Positions 44,993 to 54,109 of a DNA stretch of 64,000 bases are shown here, piece by piece. Below the pieces are notes generated by a model. That model did no database searches and was not told where the DNA came from. It saw only the letters and a list, made by a program, of their open reading frames with translations. Origin of the DNA: Fidelibacterota bacterium (GTDB taxonomy: Bacteria > Fidelibacterota > Marinisomatia > SCGC-AAA003-L08 > JACNLC01); assembly GCA_014381725.1 (NCBI GenBank), contig JACNLC010000061.1, forward strand, positions 2-64,001. The letters are read 5' to 3'. The position numbers were made by a program, and so were the translations under genes. Position 1 is the stretch's first letter, and each line of letters starts with the position of its first letter.

Positions 44993-46195
44993 ATGATTAC
45001 AGATAAAGAAGCAACTCGACTAATAAATGCAAATTTACCGACGATTAATATCGAGGTTGTTGCCTTGATGGATTCTTTGGGTAAAGTATTGGCTGAAGAT
45101 GTAATATCTCCGGTATCATCTCCGCCATACACGAACAGTGCGATGGATGGATTTGCAGTAAAATGGGATAATATTTTTGATAACATTGATTGCAAACTCG
45201 AAATCATCGGAGAAAGTCAAGCAGGAATTCCTTACAAAGGAAATGTAAATACGGGTCAAGCGATAAGGATTAACACAGGAGCTATTGTCCCTGAAGAAGT
45301 TGACACAGTAGTTCCAATTGAGGATTGTTCTTCCGATGATAAATTCGTTGTAATTCACTCTGCGAAAAAACTTGGACAGCATGTTCGTTATACCGGAGAG
45401 GAGTTCAAAAAAAGAGATGTATTACTCGAAAAAAATACAATAATTGAACCTGCTCAAATCGGACTTTTGTCATCAGTTGGGGTAAAGGACATTTCAGTTT
45501 ATCAAAGTCCAACTGTAGCCGTTGTTGTTACCGGCACGGAATTAGTTGAATTTGATACATCTGCAGAAGCATATCAATTACGGGATTCTAATACTCCGAT
45601 GCTGAAAGCAGCTCTGAGATACACCGGAGTTGAAAATATATCCTCATATCGTGTGGGTGACAGTCTTGAAAATACAATTGATGTTTTAGACGAAGCTCAG
45701 AAATCTAACCAAATTATAATTGTTACCGGTGGAGTTTCGGTTGGGTTACACGATTATGTAAAAGAAGCATCTAAAGCACTTGGATTTACCGAAATATTTT
45801 GGAAAGTTCGCCAAAAACCCGGTAAACCATTTTATTTTGCAACAAATGGAAACAAGTTGTTGTTTGGACTTCCCGGGAATCCTGTTTCAGCATATATGGG
45901 ATTTATACATTATATAGACCCGATTATACGAAAACTTCAAAAATTACCTGAGCAACCTCACATATTGGAAGGTCGTTTGGTTGATGGATTCCAAAATAAA
46001 AAAGACAGAACGCAATTCGTTCGTGTTAAAATTGAATTTGATGGAGAAACCCAGAATGTAATTGTTTCAAAAAAACAAGGATCGCATATGTTGACATCAA
46101 TTGCAGAGACTGACGGGTATATCCGTGTTGATGGAAAATCGAAACTTGATGCGAATAAGTTGGTTAATGTGATTTTATTTCCAGGTAGAGTATAA
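44993..46195 (+). CDS. moeA: Molybdopterin molybdenumtransferase
   Basis: NSAMDGFAV, IIVTGGVSVG, FWKVRQKPGKP and GLPGNPVSA. Confidence 0.9.
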   Translation: MITDKEATRLINANLPTINIEVVALMDSLGKVLAEDVISPVSSPPYTNSAMDGFAVKWDNIFDNIDCKLEIIGESQAGIPYKGNVNTGQAIRINTGAIVPEEVDTVVPIEDCSSDDKFVVIHSAKKLGQHVRYTGEEFKKRDVLLEKNTIIEPAQIGLLSSVGVKDISVYQSPTVAVVVTGTELVEFDTSAEAYQLRDSNTPMLKAALRYTGVENISSYRVGDSLENTIDVLDEAQKSNQIIIVTGGVSVGLHDYVKEASKALGFTEIFWKVRQKPGKPFYFATNGNKLLFGLPGNPVSAYMGFIHYIDPIIRKLQKLPEQPHILEGRLVDGFQNKKDRTQFVRVKIEFDGETQNVIVSKKQGSHMLTSIAETDGYIRVDGKSKLDANKLVNVILFPGRV

Positions 46196-46626
46196 TGGGA
46201 ACAATTGAAGCAATTTGTATCAGTAAAAAAAAGGGAATAGTTAAGAAGGAAATTCCTAGTGCTACATTAGTAAAAGATAGTGGGATTGAAGGAGATGCTC
46301 ACGCTGGAGATTGGCATCGTCAGGTTTCGTTACTTGCAGGCGAGAGTATTGATGTTGCAAAGGAAAAACTTCCCACACTTGCCAGGGGGGCATTTGCAGA
46401 GAATATCATCACGCGGGATATCGAACTACGCGAACTAAAAATAGGTGACCAACTAAAATTGGGAGATTCGGCCATTTTGGAGATTACTCAAATTGGAAAA
46501 GAATGCCATACGGCTTGTGCTATCAAGAACATTATAGGCGATTGCATAATGCCGAAAGAGGGTATTTTTGCAAAAGTGATTGACGGTGGAGAAATAAAAG
46601 CTGGTTCGCAAGTGGAGAAAATTTGA
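46195..46626 (+). CDS. MOSC domain-containing protein
   Basis: About 140 aa with ITRDIELRELKIGDQLKLGDSAILEITQIGKECH, which is typical of small MOSC proteins. It sits within the Moco cluster. Confidence 0.7.
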   Translation: MGTIEAICISKKKGIVKKEIPSATLVKDSGIEGDAHAGDWHRQVSLLAGESIDVAKEKLPTLARGAFAENIITRDIELRELKIGDQLKLGDSAILEITQIGKECHTACAIKNIIGDCIMPKEGIFAKVIDGGEIKAGSQVEKI

Positions 46627-47175
46627 TTAATAGTTATTCAACTTCTCAAAATCTTCAGGTGAATTTACATTTAAAAATTGTGATGATAATGCATCTGCAT
46701 TGACTGTTCTAGAAGGATGATTACTGATAAAATCCATCAACTTGTAATTTCCATTTTGTAAATTCTTTTCCAAATCTTCGGTGAGTGATTTATGATACAA
46801 TGCACACATTGGTTGAAGTCTATCCTTTACGGTTGGAATTATTATTTTTACCTTGTCAGAAATAGTCTGAGTTAACAAATTTACTGTTTCTTTTCCGACC
46901 ATAGGCATATCAACTGCTACGAATAAATTCCAATCTGATTTAGTTGAAGATAATCCTGTATAAATGCCTGTCATCGGACATTGAGTTTCTATTTTGTCAG
47001 GTAAGAATGGCAGTTTTGAGTGAGTTCGTATTTTCCCGATAATTGTTACATTATCAAACAAAGTTTCTAAGCGATTATATAGTATTTTGGTGAAAGTTAA
47101 ATCCTCAATTGTTGCAATTGATTTGTCAGAGCCGAATCGTCGGCTTTGTCCACCGGTAAGAATATATGCGTTCAT
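46627..47175 (-). CDS. mobA: Molybdenum cofactor guanylyltransferase
   Basis: N-terminal YILTGGQSRRFGSDK, followed by VAVDMP. Confidence 0.85.
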   Translation of the reverse strand: MNAYILTGGQSRRFGSDKSIATIEDLTFTKILYNRLETLFDNVTIIGKIRTHSKLPFLPDKIETQCPMTGIYTGLSSTKSDWNLFVAVDMPMVGKETVNLLTQTISDKVKIIIPTVKDRLQPMCALYHKSLTEDLEKNLQNGNYKLMDFISNHPSRTVNADALSSQFLNVNSPEDFEKLNNY

Positions 47176-47280
47176 TTGTATTTTATCTTCATAAACTTAG
47201 TCCAAAATTAATTGAAATTGATACAATAATAAAATTTAAAATAAAGTATTTTGAATTAATAAGGTGCCTGCTTTAATATA

Positions 47281-47298
47281 TGACTGACTACACAGTCA
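47281..47298. promoter_or_regulatory. Candidate operator of the second TetR regulator
   Basis: TGACTG-ACTACA-CAGTCA inverted repeat located 19 nt upstream of the TetR ATG. Confidence 0.4.
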
Positions 47299-47316
47299 AT
47301 AATAAAAGGATTTGAT

Positions 47317-47904
47317 ATGGCACCTAGAACTCGAGAACAATTTCAAAAGATGAGGGAGAAGAGTCAAGGGAAGATTTTAAAATCTGCTTTAGAGCTGTTT
47401 TCTCAAAAAGGATTTCATCAAACTTCTATAGATGCGATTGCAAAATATGCAGAAATTTCGAAAGGTCTGATTTACAATTATTTCGACAGTAAAGAAGAAA
47501 TTTTGCTGGATATTGTAACAGATGGATTCAAACTTATCAAAGAACTTGAGAATTTCGTCCCTACTTCACTCACTCCAAAACAAAAATTTGACACTTTGTT
47601 AACCGTAACATTCAACTCAATAAAAGAAAATAGTGAATTTTGGAAGATGTTTTTCCATTTGTTATCGCAACCAGATGTGATAACAAAATTATCTTCAGAA
47701 GTAGATAAAATGTATAGTAGTCTTTTCAAAATGCTTGAACTTCATTTATCTGAATTAGGGGTAGAAGATGTAGAAAATCAGGCAAAGTTACTCGGCGCTA
47801 TGATTGACGGAGTGGCAATTCATTATTATTTAAACCAAGAACATTATCCAATTGATTTAATGAAAGATAAAGTTATTCAACTGTATTGCGGAGAAGAAAA
47901 ATGA
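47317..47904 (+). CDS. TetR/AcrR family transcriptional regulator
   Basis: HTH region ILKSALELFSQKGFHQTSIDAIAKYAEISKGLIYNYFDSKEEIL. Confidence 0.9.
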   Translation: MAPRTREQFQKMREKSQGKILKSALELFSQKGFHQTSIDAIAKYAEISKGLIYNYFDSKEEILLDIVTDGFKLIKELENFVPTSLTPKQKFDTLLTVTFNSIKENSEFWKMFFHLLSQPDVITKLSSEVDKMYSSLFKMLELHLSELGVEDVENQAKLLGAMIDGVAIHYYLNQEHYPIDLMKDKVIQLYCGEEK

Positions 47905-48653
47905 GAAAATTCTATTCAACGATATTTATCTTGATGTTATGTTCAACTAAATTATTCGCAACAGAACTTACAGCAGATGCAATCCTTGATTCGATGAATA
48001 CCGTTATGTCACCAGAAAACTCTAAAGCAACAATGAAGCAGGTGATTGTAACAACATCCGGTAGAGAACGAATTTTTGAGTATGAATATTATTCCGGTAA
48101 TAAGGGCAAAAATTTATTGATGCGATATATCAAACCGAAGAAAGTCAAGAATAACGCATTTCTGATTGCCAATAACGGTGATGATATAACTGTATATTTC
48201 CCAAGAACTCGACGAACTCGCAAGCTTGCATCACACGCTAAAAAACAAAAAGTGCAAGGAAGTGATTTCTCGTATGAGGATTTCTCAGGAAGTGAAAGCT
48301 GGAAAGAGGATTACACTGTAAAATTATTTGAAAGTTCGAACAAGAATTTGTATTCACTAGAATTTATTCCAAAAGACGATATTATCACTTCGTATTCCAA
48401 AATGCAAATTTTAGTCCGTAAAAGCGATTATTATCCAACTGAACTGAAATACTACGATGATAAAGGAATTCATCATAAAACCTTGTTCTTGGAGGATATT
48501 AGAGTAATTGAAGAATTTCCAACTGCTATGGCTATGCGAATGGTAAATCACATTGAAAAAACTGAAACACGAATGGAAATTTTGGATATCACTTATAATA
48601 TTACTTTTGATGAGAACTTTTTTACAGAACGAAATTTGAAGAAAGGGAAGTAG
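47901..48653 (+). CDS. LolA-like outer-membrane lipoprotein-sorting family protein
   Basis: Signal peptide, then a pattern typical of LolA_like/DUF1329-type proteins (..RTRKLASHAKKQKVQGSDFSYEDF..). The ATG at 47901 overlaps the TetR stop (ATGA). Confidence 0.65.
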   Translation: MRKFYSTIFILMLCSTKLFATELTADAILDSMNTVMSPENSKATMKQVIVTTSGRERIFEYEYYSGNKGKNLLMRYIKPKKVKNNAFLIANNGDDITVYFPRTRRTRKLASHAKKQKVQGSDFSYEDFSGSESWKEDYTVKLFESSNKNLYSLEFIPKDDIITSYSKMQILVRKSDYYPTELKYYDDKGIHHKTLFLEDIRVIEEFPTAMAMRMVNHIEKTETRMEILDITYNITFDENFFTERNLKKGK

Positions 48654-48716
48654 TGGAGGAATGGCAACAGTAGCAGTAAGCAGTTGCAGTAGGCGGTGTA
48701 AAGAAAAAGGAAAATT

Positions 48717-49838
48717 ATGAGAAATTTAGTTATATTATTTTTATTATCAACAATTCTCTTCTCACAATTAACCGAAATATCTGGTTATGTTGAAAGCGAG
48801 GGAGATGGATTTATTATCGGAAGCCCGCAGTATTTTGGTTATAACAAACTTCGGTTGGACTTGGATGCTTATCCGACAGATGCACTCACAATAAAAGCTT
48901 CAATATCTTCAAAATTATTTTGGGGAAAATCCGAATGGAGTTTTGGAGATTTTATGCCAGTTAGTGAAGAGTTAGCATCTACGACTTATACAATTTCAGA
49001 TACAACTAACATTGATTTCCTATATTCACAATTGGATCTTGAATGGATGCACCTAACTATAGGTAAACAACCGCTTTCTATGGGTGGAGGTTTTGTCTGG
49101 AATCCAACCAATATTTTCATTCAAAAAGATTTACTCGATCCAAGTTACGAACTAGTAGGAATTAACTCCTTTAGGGCCAGCTTACCAATCAATAAAAGTG
49201 AACTTGACATTATCATCCAACCAAATGATAATTTAGAATCAAACATTTACTCAGCGTTTAATACGAATTTATTTAATCATAATCTTTCTTTGGTCGGTTT
49301 GCAAATGAATCAAATAGAATTAAACGAAGAATTTTCGGAAGAGTCATCAAAAGTTTTAGGACTTGGTTTTTCGACAGTAGGTGAAATATTTGGTTTAGGA
49401 ATATGGTCAGAATATTTGTTAAAATCGGATATTAATTTTGATAATCCACAAAACGAATTTGTTATTGGTGGAGATTATACTTTCGATTTTCAAACTTATG
49501 TGATGTTAGAAGCATTTCATCAAGATAACGGAGCGGAATTTAATACAGCTTACAACGACATTGACTTACTCAATTATGTAGCTGGAAATACAAAAGCCCT
49601 TGCTAAAGACTATGTTTTCGGGATGCTAAAACATCCCTTGGGAGAATATTCAAGTATTAGTTTAAGTGGAATCTATAACTATTCGGATAATAGTTATATA
49701 GCTATACCACAAGTTGATTGGAATCCCATTGATAATCTAGATTTGATGGTTAGCATTTTTAAATCGGTAGGGTCAGAAAAAACAGAATTTGAAGTGCAAA
49801 ATATTGGTGGAAGACTTCGGATGAGAGTGTATTTTTAG
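48717..49838 (+). CDS. Hypothetical outer-membrane beta-barrel protein
   Basis: Signal peptide, alternating strand pattern, and a C-terminal ..RLRMRVYF. It sits between the LolA-like and MMPL genes. Confidence 0.55.
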   Translation: MRNLVILFLLSTILFSQLTEISGYVESEGDGFIIGSPQYFGYNKLRLDLDAYPTDALTIKASISSKLFWGKSEWSFGDFMPVSEELASTTYTISDTTNIDFLYSQLDLEWMHLTIGKQPLSMGGGFVWNPTNIFIQKDLLDPSYELVGINSFRASLPINKSELDIIIQPNDNLESNIYSAFNTNLFNHNLSLVGLQMNQIELNEEFSEESSKVLGLGFSTVGEIFGLGIWSEYLLKSDINFDNPQNEFVIGGDYTFDFQTYVMLEAFHQDNGAEFNTAYNDIDLLNYVAGNTKALAKDYVFGMLKHPLGEYSSISLSGIYNYSDNSYIAIPQVDWNPIDNLDLMVSIFKSVGSEKTEFEVQNIGGRLRMRVYF

Positions 49839-49867
49839 TCAAATTTGAACAAATTAAGGAATAAAAT

Positions 49868-52534
49868 ATGCGTCAGAAATTATTAAAACAATTAGCAGAA
49901 TTTACTGTCAACAAAACTTGGTTATCACTGTTGATGGTTGTTGCTCTAACAATAATTTTGGGTGGACTTGCAAGCACATTGGAAATGAATCCCGGATTTA
50001 CTGATATGTTACCTGAAGACAGTTCAATTGGAATAGAATATGAAAATATAATTGATGAATTTGACAATGCACTGAATATCATCGTTCTTGTTGAAGGAGA
50101 CGAACAGAATATCAAAGATTTTGCCGATCATATTTCTCCTCGATTGCTTGAGCTTGAAGATTGGGTAGCTCGAGTGGATTACAAACTCCCTGCTGAGTTT
50201 CTCAAGCGAAATGGATTAAAACTATTATCCGAATCTGAACTTGAAAATTACACAGAAATGTTCACCAATCCGAATCTCATACCTTTTTTAAAAAATCTTA
50301 ACGATAGTTTCGAAAAGGAATACAAAGGTGATGAATCTATTGACACTAAGAAAAAAGAGACTTCAGCAGTTCGTTTTCTAGATGGGATTGAAGAATTTGT
50401 TGATATCCAATCTGAAGTGTTTCGCGGTGATATTGACAAGCAATTTGGGAAAAAAGCTGTAGAAGCGATTACCGTAGGGGATACATATATGGTTTCTCCT
50501 GACAAACAGATTCTACTTATGATGATTGAACCTGCATTCAATATTATGGAGGATATGTATTTAGTGGTTGATGCAGTAAATGGTATCGAAAGTTTGGTTA
50601 AAGATGAATCAGCGAAATTTGATGTATTCGCCGGATTAACCGGTTCCATAGCTTTGCAGCGAGATGAAATGCACGCAATGGAGGAGGATTCGTTTACTAT
50701 CACGATTATTGCATTGGTTGGAATTTTGATTCTGTTCATAGTTTCTTTTAGAATGTGGATTAGCCCAATACTTGCAATTTTGACAATTATTCTCGGAGTT
50801 ATATGGGCGTTAGGTTTTGCGAGTTTGTTAATCGAATATCTGAGTATGATGACTGCAATGATGGGTATTATTTTAGTTGGACTTGGTATTGACTTTAGTG
50901 TGCATATCATTTCGGTTTATACTGAAAAACGAAATTCTGGGTTTCCCGTGTTGGAATCTATGATTGAAACTCTCCAAAAAGCTGGCCCCGGAATAATTAC
51001 AGGTGGAATAACGACTGGTTCTGCATTTTTGACAATGATGATTTCTGATAATCGTGGGATGTATGAATTTGGTCTCGTCGCTGGATGTGGGATTATAATT
51101 ACAATGTTGGCAACTATAATTATTCTTCCGACTTTGCTAGTTGTTCGAGAGAGAGTTACCAAGAAATTTGACAAACTGGTGCAACCAAAAGATGTATCAT
51201 ACAGATTTCTTGGATTTATCGCTGAGAAATTTTCTATGAGATATTTATTCAGTTTCATTTGTTTGATGATTTTGTCGATTTTTCTTTTTTATAGAGCAAG
51301 CTCCATTGAAGTTGACTATAATTACCTAAATATGGAACCGGAGGGTTTGGAGTCTATTTTATTACAGGACAAAATGATTGATGCGTTTGATATGTCAACC
51401 GATTATGTATTGTTTACATTGGATGATTTAGACGAAATGCGACAAGTTACAGAAAAGGCAAAAGAAATGAAAACTGGTGGTAGTGTTGAAAGTATCACGG
51501 ATTATCTCCCTGACGATAAGACAGAAGCACAACGGTTTCATTTTATCCGTAATTTGAGAAGAAAACTAAATTCTACACAGGTAGCTAAACGACTTACAAC
51601 AGAACAAGTTGAGCAGTTTATCCTCGAACTTGAAAGATTAGAGTTCAATATAATTGAGTTGCAGGATATGGCATATATTGGTGGACAAGATAAAATTTAT
51701 GACAAAGCGATTTATCTTGTTGGTGAAGCTGATGATACAACTTACACAGGGAAATTGACATCCTTGTTATCATCGATAGATGAAAAAGATATTTTGCTTC
51801 CGTTAACATATTTTCAGCAACAGTTTGCAGGTGAGTTTAAGGCCTCAATTTTGGAAATGGCAAATACAGAACCTTTAACTTTGCAAAATCTACCGAGTGA
51901 AATCAGAAATCGTTTTATCGGAAATAGTGGAGAGATGTTTTTGGTAACCGTGTATCCCAAGAAAAATATATGGGAAGATGTGAATTATCTTTACATCTTT
52001 GCAGAGGAATCCAAAGAAGTCAGCGAAAAAGCTACAGGATTTCCGCTCATTTTTATAGAGTTGATGGAAGTATTTACAAAAGATGGAGTTAGGGCAACCA
52101 TTTTGGCAATTCTTGCTGTATTTCTGATTTTGTGGATTGATTTTAGAAGTGTAAAATATGCGTTACTCGGAATGACACCGCTCATTATTGGAGTAATATG
52201 GATGGTTGGTTCAATGGAGTTGTTCGGGCAAATGCTTACAATGGTCAATATTATGGCTATCCCGCTTATAATCGGTATTGGAATTGATGACGGAGTTCAC
52301 ATTTTACATCGGTATAAAATCGAGAAAAATCTCTATGAAGTTTATCGCTCAACAGGAAAAGCAGTTTTATTGACATCATTAACCACAATGCTTGGATTTG
52401 GCTCTTTATGGTTTGCTACTTATCGCGGACTTGGTAGTATGGGAATTGCATTATTTATTGGTGTTGGAACTTGCTTTTTGGCAACATTATTTGTGATTCC
52501 AGTCATTTTAGGGTGGACCAAAAACGGAAAGTAA
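49868..52534 (+). CDS. RND-superfamily MMPL-type exporter (HpnN-like)
   Basis: Two 6-TM bundles, each preceded by a large soluble loop, plus conserved GIDFSVH / GIGIDDGVH motifs. Confidence 0.85.
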   Translation: MRQKLLKQLAEFTVNKTWLSLLMVVALTIILGGLASTLEMNPGFTDMLPEDSSIGIEYENIIDEFDNALNIIVLVEGDEQNIKDFADHISPRLLELEDWVARVDYKLPAEFLKRNGLKLLSESELENYTEMFTNPNLIPFLKNLNDSFEKEYKGDESIDTKKKETSAVRFLDGIEEFVDIQSEVFRGDIDKQFGKKAVEAITVGDTYMVSPDKQILLMMIEPAFNIMEDMYLVVDAVNGIESLVKDESAKFDVFAGLTGSIALQRDEMHAMEEDSFTITIIALVGILILFIVSFRMWISPILAILTIILGVIWALGFASLLIEYLSMMTAMMGIILVGLGIDFSVHIISVYTEKRNSGFPVLESMIETLQKAGPGIITGGITTGSAFLTMMISDNRGMYEFGLVAGCGIIITMLATIIILPTLLVVRERVTKKFDKLVQPKDVSYRFLGFIAEKFSMRYLFSFICLMILSIFLFYRASSIEVDYNYLNMEPEGLESILLQDKMIDAFDMSTDYVLFTLDDLDEMRQVTEKAKEMKTGGSVESITDYLPDDKTEAQRFHFIRNLRRKLNSTQVAKRLTTEQVEQFILELERLEFNIIELQDMAYIGGQDKIYDKAIYLVGEADDTTYTGKLTSLLSSIDEKDILLPLTYFQQQFAGEFKASILEMANTEPLTLQNLPSEIRNRFIGNSGEMFLVTVYPKKNIWEDVNYLYIFAEESKEVSEKATGFPLIFIELMEVFTKDGVRATILAILAVFLILWIDFRSVKYALLGMTPLIIGVIWMVGSMELFGQMLTMVNIMAIPLIIGIGIDDGVHILHRYKIEKNLYEVYRSTGKAVLLTSLTTMLGFGSLWFATYRGLGSMGIALFIGVGTCFLATLFVIPVILGWTKNGK

Positions 52535-52542
52535 TATATTAA

Positions 52543-52918
52543 GGTTCTTCACAATAAACGATACTTTTCGTTGTGAACCTTAAAACATTGCCAGAATCCC
52601 TGTACAGTCGCAAGCTCCTTACCGGGTAGGAAGGATTACCCCGCAGAGCTGGGCAGGCAGGATTAATAGATATACAGGATTTATCTCAATTATTAGTTTA
52701 GTAGATTGTTCTTTTTATCTTGACAGAAAAAGAACCAAAAAGGTCAAGGTGACACTCAATTTGCTAAAACAAATACTTTCATTCCTAAAAGAAATAAACT
52801 TGTCAGTCAGTTGACTGACTTCAGACAGCATTTCTTTTTAAACGGAATTCAACTTTTGTTTTTATACGCAAATTGAGTAAGGCCAAATTCAATAAAGTAC
52901 TCAAATCTGTGAAGAACC
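52543..52918. repeat. MITE-like repeat, copy A (376 bp, with an extra GC-rich insert)
   Basis: Terminal inverted repeats GGTTCTTCACA / TGTGAAGAACC. The left 22 nt and right ~243 nt are about 90% identical to 57854-58161. Confidence 0.7.
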
Positions 52919-53096
52919 TATATCAATTGGGACTCTTGTCTCGAAATAAACACAACATAGGATAGGTAAGTTTCTACTGTAGAAGTTCTTAAAGTAAAAA
53001 GTATGGTTTTCACGAGCGAGCGGTTTATAAAAAATATGACGACTCTTTTAATTCTTGCAGCAATTTCAGTAAAATGATTATATTTACCTAGAACTT

Positions 53097-53270
53097 ATGA
53101 AACAAAAAACCCAAATTTCGCCGGTTGAAACACTGGACTCTACTGCAGGATATGATATCCGAACCATTCAGGATTTATTAGGTCATAAAAGCTTACAAAC
53201 AACCATGGTTTACACGCATGTAATGAACAAAGGACCAATGGGTGTGAAAAGTCCCGGGGACAATTTATGA
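53097..53270 (+). pseudogene. intI: Integron integrase C-terminal fragment (truncated)
   Basis: Translation ...[41 protein letters not shown] matches the IntI C-terminus (GYDIRTVQ.LLGH...TTMIYTHVL..G..GV.SP.D). The upstream ~260 aa of an integrase are absent. Confidence 0.7.
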
Positions 53271-53290
53271 AAGACAAATTTCAATTATGT

Positions 53291-53451
53291 TTATCCCGCT
53301 GTTTTGGCGGGTTATCACATTTGAAAAAAGAGGTAATAATTCATATAAATGAATTTATTACAGCAAGTTACAAACAAAAACAAGAAAATGATTATACCGC
53401 TTGTTTGGCGGGTTATACAATATTATCTAAGCGGTATAATCACGGTTAGAA
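53291..53451 (+). other. attI-like region: two 27-nt direct repeats plus an inverted repeat and a GTTAGAA core
   Basis: TTATCCCGCTGTTTTGGCGGGTTATCA (53291) and TTATACCGCTTGTTTGGCGGGTTATAC (53392), then TATACCGC...GCGGTATA, and GTTAGAA at 53445-53451. Confidence 0.4.
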
Positions 53452-53483
53452 AGATTAAGAGTTAGTACAAAGGAGATAAACAA

Positions 53484-53837
53484 ATGAAGGCTCTGGAAAA
53501 AACACTCATCAGCACACTATTATTATTTGTTGTTTATTCTTGTGCGCCAACTACTCCAAGAATGACAACTAAAGAAATTATGCAGACTTGGATAGGTTCT
53601 CATCAATCTGAATTGATAAGACAGTGGGGTGCATACACAAGGACAATCGATGATGGTGCTGGCGGGAAAATTCTTATTTGGGAAGAACATTTTACAAAAA
53701 GTTCTACTACTACGCCATTTACGCTCTTTGGTACAACTTATTATTCACATAGTGGTGGTGGTAGCGGTGTGCGTTATCGTGATGTTTTCATAAATAAAGA
53801 TGGTGTTATTACTAATATAAAGTGGGGGAAGAGATAA
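53484..53837 (+). CDS. Cassette-encoded small lipoprotein of unknown function
   Basis: Signal peptide with lipobox (LLFVVYSC). AAAGGAG lies upstream. No recognised domain. Confidence 0.65.
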   Translation: MKALEKTLISTLLLFVVYSCAPTTPRMTTKEIMQTWIGSHQSELIRQWGAYTRTIDDGAGGKILIWEEHFTKSSTTTPFTLFGTTYYSHSGGGSGVRYRDVFINKDGVITNIKWGKR

Positions 53838-53850
53838 ATTTTATTAATCT

Positions 53851-53983
53851 TTCTAACCCTCACTCCACCGGACGGCTAAACTTGTGCGGTGAATTTGAGA
53901 TTTGTAGACAAAATGAAGACTTGTGTAATAAGGAAATTTAGTAGAATTGTCACGCCGTCCGCCGGTGAGTTTATTCGTTATCT
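53851..53983 (+). repeat. attC recombination site, long form (133 bp)
   Basis: TTCTAAC-CCTCACTCCACCGGACGGC ... GCCGTCCGCCGGTGAG-tttattc-GTTATCT. It is an imperfect palindrome with unpaired bases. Confidence 0.55.
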
Positions 53984-54109
53984 GCTAGGAGATTTCATAT
54001 TCTAAATGCAATAAAAACAGAAAAGAAAACAGGACAAGAGCCTTTTACTTTTAACGGAAAATCTTTACCAGAAAGCACTCTTTCCTTTTGGCAATGGTCA
54101 AGCTCAGAA

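Noticed and set aside
52600-52675. Resemblance of the GC-rich hairpin to SRP (4.5S) RNA helix 8 or to group II intron domain V.
   Set aside because: By eye, the conserved SRP loops (GGAA tetraloop flanked by AGCA/GGA motifs) and the 34-nt domain V geometry with an AGC triad and 2-nt bulge are not reproduced.
53291-53420. Possible CRISPR array, suggested by direct repeats with a spacer-like gap.
   Set aside because: There are only two copies, the repeats are imperfect, no cas genes are present, and the context fits an integron attI/attC region better.
53267-53449. 60-aa ORF between the intI remnant and the first cassette.
   Set aside because: Its sequence is dominated by the two 27-nt direct repeats and hairpins interpreted as an attI-like region. 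There is no Shine-Dalgarno sequence and no recognisable protein features.
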